Below are positions 8,986-16,445 of a stretch of 34,915 bases of DNA, in pieces. Location: assembly GCA_024278445.1 (NCBI GenBank), contig JAJRTC010000254.1, positions 1-34,915 on the forward strand. The letters run 5' to 3'. Source of the DNA: Nitrospirota bacterium. Lineage in GTDB: Bacteria; Nitrospinota_A; UBA7883; JAJRTC01. Position 1 is the stretch's first letter; each line of letters opens with the position of its first letter. The notes beneath the pieces were generated by a model. The model was not told where the DNA came from and ran no database searches. It saw nothing but the letters and a program-made list of their open reading frames with translations. The position numbers and the translations under genes are program-made.

Positions 8986-9732
8986 ATGGTAAGTGTTTTT
9001 GCACACCAGAACCTTAAGAAGGAGCGGCCCGATATTTTGCTCTCATTTGACAATCTTAAAACGCTTCCTCCCGCCAACAGGTTTTTTAAGGCCACGGCTC
9101 TCACCATGCTTATTTTTACTGCCATCGCAATAGCCGACAATGCCGGCCTTAGCCAAAAGCTTCTTGATTATGTGGCCGATAAATACGGCTCACGCGCAAT
9201 GGACAGATTGCTGGATTGGGAAGAACTTATAAAAAATAACAAGGATAAAAACAACTCGGAAAAACTCAAACTGGTGAACGAGTTTTTTAACCGGCTCAGG
9301 TTTATAAGCGACAAACGTCATTGGAAGAAAGATGATTACTGGGCGACACCGGTAGAAATGCTGGCGACAAACGGCGGTGATTGCGAAGATTTCTCAATAG
9401 CCAAATATTTTACTCTCAAACAGATGGGCCTTCCCGTTAAAAACATGCTGATAACTTATGTAAAATCGTTAACACTTAATCAGGCCCACATGGTTCTCAC
9501 CTATTACAAAACAGAGGACTCAGAACCGCTTGTGCTTGATAACCTGATAGACGAAATACGACCAGCTTCCGAGCGCAAAGACCTCGTTCCCGTATATAGC
9601 TTCAACGGTGACGGGCTGTGGTTATCGAAAGAGCGTGGCAGGGGCACGTTTATAGGCGACTCAAGCAGTATAAACTTATGGCAAGACTTAGGCATCCGAA
9701 TGGAAAAAGAAAAACCGTTTGAAAATAACTGA
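8986..9732 (+). CDS. lapG: LapG-like periplasmic transglutaminase-like cysteine proteinase (BTLCP, peptidase C93)
   Basis: VNEFFN, DYWATPVE, GDCEDFSIAKYFTL, QAHMVLTYY, LVLDNL and DLVPVYSFN motifs (Cys-His-Asp triad); the true start may be downstream of 8986. Confidence 0.9.
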   Translation: MVSVFAHQNLKKERPDILLSFDNLKTLPPANRFFKATALTMLIFTAIAIADNAGLSQKLLDYVADKYGSRAMDRLLDWEELIKNNKDKNNSEKLKLVNEFFNRLRFISDKRHWKKDDYWATPVEMLATNGGDCEDFSIAKYFTLKQMGLPVKNMLITYVKSLTLNQAHMVLTYYKTEDSEPLVLDNLIDEIRPASERKDLVPVYSFNGDGLWLSKERGRGTFIGDSSSINLWQDLGIRMEKEKPFENN

Positions 9733-9772
9733 TCTAGTTGTTACTGGTCTACATGTAGGGAAAGGTTAATCA

Positions 9773-10150
9773 TTGCAAATAAGGGAACGAGACCTCTATC
9801 TGGCCTTCTCATCGCTTCTGTTGCTGATGTATTTTTTTTCAGGTCATCACAGCGCAATGGGAAACTGATTTTTTGAACATGTGGCAGTTGTCCGGGAACT
9901 GGCAACCCATCCGTTTTTCCCAAGCCACCCGACACTAAGCTTAAACGCCCCACACGCCTTTTATTTACTCTATGCACTTTGTATAGCAACGGTTTCAACA
10001 ATATTGAACAGTGGCCCAATAGCTACACTGGCTTTGGCCGGTCTTTTCAACTTGCTATTCTTGCTAACAAGCCGATGGATATTTGTAAAATCGTACTTCA
10101 AAAATAAATTCACGGCATTTTACATGCTATTGTTCACACTGTTTTTATTT
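9773..10150 (+). pseudogene. Frameshifted and truncated membrane-protein gene
   Basis: Hydrophobic coding segments continue across frame changes at T-runs (~9832-9839 and ~9869-9874): ..AFSSLLLLMYFF / QVITAQWETDF / EHVAVVRELATHPFFPSHPTLSLNAPHAFY..; ends at the IS3 fragment. Confidence 0.45.
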
Positions 10151-10151
10151 A

Positions 10152-10419
10152 CGACCAGGAAGGCCGACTGACAACGCCTTTATCGAGTCATTCAACGGAA
10201 GTTTTCGAGATGAATGCTTAAACGCCAACTGGTTTTTGTCATTGGAAGATGCCCGTCGTAAGATCGAAACATGGCAAAAAGATTATAATGAGTTTCGGCC
10301 ACATTCAGCATTGGGCCATAAAACGCCAAAGGAATTTATGCTGGCTGCCAGAGAAGAGCAGTCAGCCATTGAAGCCAGAAAAGTCGCATAATGCCGGATC
10401 AAGAAATGGGAAGGGCTCA
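10152..10419 (+). mobile_element. IS3-family remnant (3' end of orfB integrase plus right end)
   Basis: 10152-10391 reads RPGRPTDNAFIESFNGSFRDECLNANWFLSLEDARRKIETWQKDYNEFRPHSALGHKTPKEF; it is followed by an IR-like end ...GAAATGGGAAGGGCTCA. Confidence 0.9.
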
Positions 10420-10546
10420 GTACTAAAAGAGGGAAGTTTACAACCTTCAACAGTCTCAGATTCATTTTCCCAGCGCCCCTGCCAACCAACTCCACAAAAG
10501 CCATACAAAAGTAGTAGGATAAAACCATGCGGGAGGAACGGGTCAT

Positions 10547-10568
10547 GCAACCTAATGTTGCGCAACAT
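10547..10568. promoter_or_regulatory. Overlapping palindromes, candidate upstream activator site
   Basis: GCAAC-N5-GTTGC (10547-10561) and the perfect palindrome ATGTTGCGCAACAT (10555-10568), about 125 bp upstream of a sigma54 motif. Confidence 0.4.
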
Positions 10569-10690
10569 GCGGTTCCACGAAACAACAAGTGAAACACTCG
10601 GGGGGCTTCAGTTGGAACATGCCGCTTGCACTGAATTGTATCTAGCTGTTTTTATTGCCTGCTAAAAAATAAAGGCACTAAGCTGAAATT

Positions 10691-10706
10691 TGGCACAAGC
10701 AATGCA
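10691..10706 (+). promoter_or_regulatory. Sigma54 (-24/-12) promoter
   Basis: TGGCACAAGCAATGCA with GG-N10-GC spacing. Confidence 0.75.
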
Positions 10707-10791
10707 ACACTATCAGGCAACAGCGAACAAATGAAACAGTCACTGAAACAAATGACTTTTTGAAACAATTTACATATTCAGGAGATAAAAA

Positions 10792-11175
10792 ATGAAAAAC
10801 ATCAAAACTCTGGTTGCAACAGTCGCTCTTACGTTAACTGCCGGTATCGCTTCGGCAACAACTCTTGAAAATATCAATGCTTCTTTCGATCGTGGGTTCG
10901 GCCATGAGCAGTATAGCTTCAACCAGGTTCAGGCTTCTTTTGACCGCGCATTCGTGGATAACGAGAGAAAAGTCGATTATAACACCATCATTCTCGCATC
11001 TTTTCAGCGCGACTTGAGAATTGAGGATCACGGCGTATACGCAAAAGAAACAGGACGCAACTCTTACGAGTTAGCTCTTCTCGGATGGGAAGACGTTCTG
11101 CCTTACGGTGAGCTGAACAGTGCCCCAAGTGTCATCGTTAGCAACGACGTAGAGAACCAGAAACCGGTTATCTAA
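10792..11175 (+). CDS. Small secreted protein with three ASFxR repeats
   Basis: RBS CAGGAG, signal peptide ending ASA, repeats ASFDRGF / ASFDRAF / ASFQRDL, own promoter and terminator. Confidence 0.85.
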   Translation: MKNIKTLVATVALTLTAGIASATTLENINASFDRGFGHEQYSFNQVQASFDRAFVDNERKVDYNTIILASFQRDLRIEDHGVYAKETGRNSYELALLGWEDVLPYGELNSAPSVIVSNDVENQKPVI

Positions 11176-11193
11176 AACTTAAACAGCCTCTCC

Positions 11194-11239
11194 GCCGGGG
11201 CGGTCAACCCCTGCATATCCATGACCGCCTCGGCTTTTT
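11194..11239 (+). terminator. Rho-independent terminator
   Basis: GCCGGGGCGGTCA ... TGACCGCCTCGGC followed by TTTTT. Confidence 0.75.
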
Positions 11240-11319
11240 AATTGCGCTACCGCCAGATATGAAGCCCTCTCTGCAAATAACGCGATCGCAGATATAAAGC
11301 TCTCATCAAGGTTGAAAAA

Positions 11320-12261
11320 TCAGGTTACGATTTTTTCAAGTTCATCAAAGACAGCTTTGGGGATATTGCGATCAAACGCTTTTATATTATCTGCAACTTG
11401 CTCTGGCGTGTTGGCCCCAACAATCGCCGCCGAAACCCCTTTTTGTGATGTAACCCATCGCAAAGCCAAATGTGTTAACGGTGTTTCTATTTCTCCCGCA
11501 TAATTTTTAAGGCGTTCAACCTTTTCCAAGGCCACTGCAAGTGCTTCTTTTTGAAAAATTCCTAATTTCCCGCGTCCGCGCCAGCCTGTAAATTTTGAGT
11601 TTTTATCATATTTACCTGTGAGGAGCCCGGAAGCCAGCGGGCTGTAGGCTATAGAGCCGATCCCCTCATCTATAATATAGGGGAGTAGCGAGCTTTCGAT
11701 ATCACGCACAAGCAAACTGTATTGCGGCTGTACACATGTTATCTGTGCCATTTTTTGCGCAGTTTCTAAAAGTTTTACGTCGAAGTTGCTCACGCCAATT
11801 TCCATGATTTTGCCTTTTTCCTGCAATTTGGCCAGTGCGGTCATCGTTTCATCGATGGGTGTGTCGGGGTCGGGCCAATGTATCTGGTACAGGTCGATAT
11901 GGTCGGTTGCAAGGCGATGGAGCGAGTTTTCCAGCTCCTCGACCACCGATTTGGCCGATAGATCGTGATACATGGTCGCAAGGTTTTCTTCTTTCCATCG
12001 GAGCCCCAGTTTCGTGGCGATCAGGAGATCATCGCGCCTGTTTTTGATAGCATCACCGACGATTTCCTCAGAGCGACCGAATCCGTATATCGGTGCGGTG
12101 TCGATCATATTAACGCCAAGATCGAGCGCCGTCTGGATTGTTTTGATGGATTGGTTCCGGTCGCGCTCATCCCAGAATGGGGGGCCGCTTATTCCCCACG
12201 CTCCGTAGACGATGGGCGCCGTTTCAAGTTTTGATTTTTCAGACAGTTTTTGTTTTTTCAT
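11320..12261 (-). CDS. Aldo/keto reductase
   Basis: IDTAPIYGFGRSE, ATK, DLYQIHWPD, IGVSNF, QPQYSLL and YSPLASGLLTGK motifs. Confidence 0.95.
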   Translation of the reverse strand: MKKQKLSEKSKLETAPIVYGAWGISGPPFWDERDRNQSIKTIQTALDLGVNMIDTAPIYGFGRSEEIVGDAIKNRRDDLLIATKLGLRWKEENLATMYHDLSAKSVVEELENSLHRLATDHIDLYQIHWPDPDTPIDETMTALAKLQEKGKIMEIGVSNFDVKLLETAQKMAQITCVQPQYSLLVRDIESSLLPYIIDEGIGSIAYSPLASGLLTGKYDKNSKFTGWRGRGKLGIFQKEALAVALEKVERLKNYAGEIETPLTHLALRWVTSQKGVSAAIVGANTPEQVADNIKAFDRNIPKAVFDELEKIVT

Positions 12262-12324
12262 TTTTCGATTATAAAGGAACAGCTATTTTTGACCAAACAC
12301 CTAAACTGTGTGGGGTATAAATAG

Positions 12325-12485
12325 GGTAGTGAGCCAGTTTGGTCATTCTGAGGCAAAGGCGAAGAATCTCGAATTACATCTGACGCAATAATAGGTTCGA
12401 GATGCTTCGCGGAGCCTGCCCTGAGTGAACGAATTGAATTGAATGGGCTTCAGCATGACAACAATGCGCAAACTGACTCACTACC
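12325..12485 (+). mobile_element. MITE copy 1 (161 bp) with a perfect 8-bp target-site duplication
   Basis: TIRs GGTAGTGAGCCAGTTTG / CAAACTGACTCACTACC; ATAAATAG at both 12317-12324 and 12486-12493; homologous copies at 27626 and 30088. Confidence 0.88.
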
Positions 12486-12550
12486 ATAAATAGCGCAAGG
12501 TCACGCCTGATGTATAATGTTAAATTTTTAAGATATTCAGACAAATCAAA

Positions 12551-13021
12551 ATGCTGAAACTGAGAGCCAAAGATTTTGACGTCATGAAAGAACACGCCGA
12601 GCGCGAGTTCCCCCATGAATGTTGCGGGGTAATCATCGGTGATTTTTCCGACAAAACAAAAACGGAAGTGCGCCCCTGCGCAAATATACAAAACGAGTTA
12701 AACGAAAAATATCCGGATAAATACACACGATCGGCCGACACAGGATATTTTATCGACCCGAAAGAACTTCACAAGGCTATGATGGACGCATCGAAACAGA
12801 AACTTGATATCATCGGGTTTTACCACTCACATCCAAATCATGACCCGTACTGGTCGGCTGAAGATAACCGGGCCGCCATGTGGGAAGGAACCGGTGAACC
12901 GCTATACCCGGACGCGTCACATGTTGTAATTTCGGTTTACGATGGCAAGGTTAAGGGTGCTTCTGTCTTTAAATGGGCTGAGTCTGAAAAAAAGTTTTTA
13001 CAACATAACGTAGAACTATGA
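12551..13021 (+). CDS. Mov34/MPN/JAMM (M67) metallopeptidase, Mec-like
   Basis: PHECCG plus HSHP....SAED JAMM motif. Confidence 0.9.
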   Translation: MLKLRAKDFDVMKEHAEREFPHECCGVIIGDFSDKTKTEVRPCANIQNELNEKYPDKYTRSADTGYFIDPKELHKAMMDASKQKLDIIGFYHSHPNHDPYWSAEDNRAAMWEGTGEPLYPDASHVVISVYDGKVKGASVFKWAESEKKFLQHNVEL

Positions 13022-13806
13022 CAAAAGCAAACGTGGTTGAGGTCGAAAACGTATCTTTAAGTTTCGACGGCCACAAGGTGTTAGACGACGTATCTTTCTC
13101 TATACAGGCTGGAAGTTTCACAGGATTGATCGGCCCTAACGGCGCTGGTAAAACAACAATACTCAGGGTTCTTTTAGGTTTGCTCAAGCCTGATGGTGGA
13201 AAGGTTCGCATATTTGGTCACCCGCCCGGAAAATCGCACAGTTTTATAGGCTACGTTCCACAAAGCATAACTTATGACCGCATGTTTCCCGTATCAGTTC
13301 GCGAGGTCGTAATGATGGGTCGGTTTGGGACCATCGGTTTGGGGCGTGGGCCTAAAGAAAAAGATCATGCGGCGGTTAACGAAGCGTTATCGGTTGTTGG
13401 TGCGCAAAGTTTTGCAGATAAGCGTTTCGGCAAGCTTTCGGGCGGGGAGCGGCAAAGGGCGCTTATAGCCCGCGCACTTTGCGTTAAACCGCATCTTCTT
13501 CTGTTAGATGAGCCTACGACAGGTGTGGATGTGGTGTCGCAGGACACATTTTACAAGATGTTAAAAGGGCTTGTGAAAAACATGAGAATGACGATCATGC
13601 TGGTAAGCCACGACCTGGGCGTTATAACAAAAATGGTGGACGACCTTATATGCATCAACCAGAAAGTTTTTGTTCACGGTTCGCCTAAAGATGTTTTGTC
13701 CGATGGTGTTATAGGGCAGGCATACGGGTGCGAAGCGGAGATTTTAATGCACGATCATTCCACGCCGCATCGTGTTGTGCGGCCGCATGACCATGAGGCA
13801 AAATAA
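13018..13806 (+). CDS. znuC: Zn/Mn ABC transporter ATP-binding protein
   Basis: GPNGAGKTT, GYVPQ, LSGGERQR, LLLDEPT and VSHD motifs; His-rich C-tail. Confidence 0.9.
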   Translation: MTKANVVEVENVSLSFDGHKVLDDVSFSIQAGSFTGLIGPNGAGKTTILRVLLGLLKPDGGKVRIFGHPPGKSHSFIGYVPQSITYDRMFPVSVREVVMMGRFGTIGLGRGPKEKDHAAVNEALSVVGAQSFADKRFGKLSGGERQRALIARALCVKPHLLLLDEPTTGVDVVSQDTFYKMLKGLVKNMRMTIMLVSHDLGVITKMVDDLICINQKVFVHGSPKDVLSDGVIGQAYGCEAEILMHDHSTPHRVVRPHDHEAK

Positions 13807-13808
13807 AA

Positions 13809-13889
13809 ATGCTTGAGACTTTTTCGTGTCACTCCCATGGTTGTCTTTGTTGGTGTATAACCAATGCGAGGCAAAACAAAAATGCTTGA
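13809..13889 (+). other. Cys/His-rich 26-codon ORF within a duplicated znuC-znuB junction
   Basis: MLETFSCHSHGCLCWCITNARQNKNA*; 24-bp direct repeat at 13795-13818 and 13868-13891 (23/24 identical). Confidence 0.35.
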
Positions 13890-14685
13890 GATGTTTTCTT
13901 ACGGGTTTATGGTTCGCGCCCTTATGGCGGGAGTTTTAGTTGGCACCCTGCTCGCCGTTCTATCCGTACCGGTAAATTTAAAGAGGCTCTCGTTCATGGG
14001 GGTTGGTGTTTCGCATTCGGCTTTCGGCGGTATAGCGATTGGCGCGTTTTTAGGAATAAACCTTACAATGTCCGCCCTTGTTTTTTCTGTTGTCGTGGCC
14101 CTTGCCATCGGCTGGTTTTCAAGGCGGGGCGGCGTGCATGAAGATGTTAGCACCGGTGTTGTTTTTGCTACGTCTATGGCTTTAGGCGTTCTGTTTTTAG
14201 GTTTTATGCAAGGGAGCGGGATAGACCTTTTCTCATACCTTTTTGGTTCCATACTGGCCGTAACCGAAGCAGACCTTGTAATGGCGGGTGTTGTTTTCGT
14301 GGTTGTTACAGGCATCTTTTTTTATTTGCGTAAGGAATTCCTGGTTGATTGTTGCGACGAGGAGTGGGCGCGGTTTTCGGGGGTGAATGTGGAGCGTTTG
14401 CAAGATCTTTTACATGTCATGATTGCGCTTACCATAGTGGTGTCGATAAAACTGCTTGGCATAGTTCTGGTTTCTGCGCTTCTTGTAATTCCTGGTGCCA
14501 TTGGTTATATGCTGGCGCACGCTTATAAAACGCAGTATCTGATTTCGATAGCCGTGGCGCTAATCTCGGTGCTGTTCGGGCTTGTTTTTTCTTATAGCTT
14601 TGATATTGCTTCCGGGGCTTCGATTATCCTTACGGCTTCATTTTTATTTCTTTTAACGTCCGTTTTTGGCAAGAAAACCGGTTAA
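13882..14685 (+). CDS. znuB: Zn/Mn ABC transporter permease (ABC-3)
   Basis: FMVRAL, SHSAFGG, YLFGSILAV and GIVLVSALLVIP motifs; start at 13882 follows GAGG. Confidence 0.9.
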   Translation: MLEMFSYGFMVRALMAGVLVGTLLAVLSVPVNLKRLSFMGVGVSHSAFGGIAIGAFLGINLTMSALVFSVVVALAIGWFSRRGGVHEDVSTGVVFATSMALGVLFLGFMQGSGIDLFSYLFGSILAVTEADLVMAGVVFVVVTGIFFYLRKEFLVDCCDEEWARFSGVNVERLQDLLHVMIALTIVVSIKLLGIVLVSALLVIPGAIGYMLAHAYKTQYLISIAVALISVLFGLVFSYSFDIASGASIILTASFLFLLTSVFGKKTG

Positions 14686-14702
14686 CCAGAAAAAGTATCC
14701 AC

Positions 14703-14731
14703 TTGCTACATCGGGTGGCCTTTGATACATT
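14703..14731 (+). promoter_or_regulatory. Sigma70-type promoter of the pyr operon
   Basis: TTGCTA-N17-TACATT just upstream of the PyrR site. Confidence 0.55.
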
Positions 14732-14753
14732 GATTCAAAGCTTACGGCTTGCG

Positions 14754-14782
14754 CTTTAAATTAGTCCGGTGAGGCTAAAAAG
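14754..14782 (+). ncRNA. PyrR-binding RNA stem-loop (pyr leader attenuator)
   Basis: CUUUAA..AGUCCGGUGAGGCU..AAAG matches the PyrR loop consensus; downstream UUAGCCU (~14833-14839) can pair with AGGCUAA as an alternative structure; directly upstream of pyrR. Confidence 0.88.
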
Positions 14783-14905
14783 TTGCCGAAGACCTGGTAT
14801 TCGACGGGCCGGTTACGGTTCTCCACAGTTTCTTAGCCTTTTTTTGTCTCACCTTGCAATTGAAGCCCTGTTGTTTTTAACTCTAATGTTTACAGGTGGA
14901 TACAA

Positions 14906-15502
14906 GTGGCTCCCCAAGCTAAAAAGAAAAAGGCGACAGAAGAAACGGGTGTAATTCTGACGGCGGACAAGATGCGCCAGACCATAACCCGCATGGCGCA
15001 CGAGATAGTTGAAAAAAACAGGGACCTTGACAGCCTTGTCCTTGTAGGGATCGTGACCCGTGGCGGCGTTCTGGCACGAAGGCTTACAAAAAAGCTTAAG
15101 AAAATAACCGAAGTGGAGCTTCCCACAGGTGTTATGGACACAACCTTGTATCGCGACGATTTTAACAAAAAAGGGGCAACCCTGAAAGAAGACAAAGGTA
15201 CCGATATCCCGTTTTCCATAGAAGGGAAAACGGTTTTGCTTGTAGACGACGTGCTTTTTACCGGGCGCACCATAAACGCCGCCATTACGCATCTTTTTGA
15301 TCTTGGCAGGCCGAAAGAGGTTCAACTAGCTGTTTTAATAGACCGTGGGCATAGAGAGCTTCCTATCCGGCCAGATTATTGCGGCAAAAACGTGCCAACC
15401 CAGTATGTAGAGAAAATACGGGTGAGGTTTAAAGAGTGTGACGGCCATGAGATTGTGTTAACAGGCGCGGGAGATAAAAACGGAGAGAACAATGGGGAGT
15501 GA
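14906..15502 (+). CDS. pyrR: Bifunctional pyr operon regulator/uracil phosphoribosyltransferase
   Basis: [17 protein letters not shown] and [13 protein letters not shown] motifs. Confidence 0.97.
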   Translation: MAPQAKKKKATEETGVILTADKMRQTITRMAHEIVEKNRDLDSLVLVGIVTRGGVLARRLTKKLKKITEVELPTGVMDTTLYRDDFNKKGATLKEDKGTDIPFSIEGKTVLLVDDVLFTGRTINAAITHLFDLGRPKEVQLAVLIDRGHRELPIRPDYCGKNVPTQYVEKIRVRFKECDGHEIVLTGAGDKNGENNGE

Positions 15503-16445
15503 GGCGAACGTTTTTTCTCATCGCCATCTTCTTTCGATGGACGATTTGTCTCGCGACGATATCGGGCAATTTCTCACAACCGCCAAAATGATGAAAGAAG
15601 TTTCCGAACGGGAGGTGAAAAAGATTCCCACCTTACGCGGCAGAACGGTTATCAACTGTTTTCTTGAGCCTTCCACAAGAACGAGAATGAGTTTTGAAAT
15701 TGCCGGTAAAAGGTTATCTGCCGATGTCATCAATATAAGCGCGTCCGGCTCATCGATGAGCAAGGGGGAATCGCTAAAAGATATGGCGGGAACGTTGCGG
15801 GCCATGAATCCTGACCTGATAACCATACGAAGCCCGCATTCCGGTGCCCCTTTTCAGGTGTCTGAAATGATAGAGCGTTGCTCGGTTGTAAATGCCGGTG
15901 ACGGCAGGCACGAACATCCAAGCCAGAGCCTCCTTGATATCATGACGATAAGCGAGCATAAAGAGGCGTTTATGGGGCTTAAGGTTTCTATCGTCGGCGA
16001 TATATTAAACAGCCGCGTTGCAAGGTCTAACATAATTGGGCTTAAAAAACTTGGTGCCGTTGTTACCATATGCGGCCCCAAAACCCTTCTTCCGGTAAAT
16101 GCAGAAGAAATGGCGGACGGTGTGACAACATCGATAAAGACCGCTGTAAAAAATGCTGATGTGGTGATGATGTTGCGGATACAAAAAGAGAGGATAGGGC
16201 AGGCGACATTTCCTAATCTTCGTGAATATTCGCGGCTTTTCGGGCTTACCTCGGAGAGGCTAAAACTTGCGGCAAAAGATGTGGTGGTTATGCATCCGGG
16301 GCCTGTAAACCGTGGAGTCGAAATTGCGCCAGACGTGGCAGACGGGCCGTGGTCTGTTATCCTCGACCAGGTAAAAAACGGTGTGGCTGTGCGGATGGCT
16401 ATTCTTTATCTTCTTTTGGGCGGCGGCCTTGCGCAGGGGGAGTAG
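15492..16445 (+). CDS. pyrB: Aspartate carbamoyltransferase catalytic subunit
   Basis: [29 protein letters not shown] and MHPGP motifs. Confidence 0.97.
   Translation: MGSEANVFSHRHLLSMDDLSRDDIGQFLTTAKMMKEVSEREVKKIPTLRGRTVINCFLEPSTRTRMSFEIAGKRLSADVINISASGSSMSKGESLKDMAGTLRAMNPDLITIRSPHSGAPFQVSEMIERCSVVNAGDGRHEHPSQSLLDIMTISEHKEAFMGLKVSIVGDILNSRVARSNIIGLKKLGAVVTICGPKTLLPVNAEEMADGVTTSIKTAVKNADVVMMLRIQKERIGQATFPNLREYSRLFGLTSERLKLAAKDVVVMHPGPVNRGVEIAPDVADGPWSVILDQVKNGVAVRMAILYLLLGGGLAQGE

Noticed and set aside
10249-10665. ORFs 10249-10665 (+), 10283-10597 (-) and 10362-10568 (-)
   Set aside because: They overlap the IS3 remnant out of frame or antisense and show no recognisable motifs
11242-11253. 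ops-like GGCGGTAGCGCA on the minus strand
   Set aside because: It lies downstream of the aldo/keto reductase, not in the leader of a polysaccharide operon; likely chance
12325-12485. Repeats as a CRISPR array or structured ncRNA gene
   Set aside because: Dispersed copies with TIRs and a TSD and no repeat-spacer periodicity; better explained as a MITE
12500-12530. Possible Zur box upstream of the JAMM-znuCB operon
   Set aside because: AT-rich with a TATAAT, but no convincing palindrome
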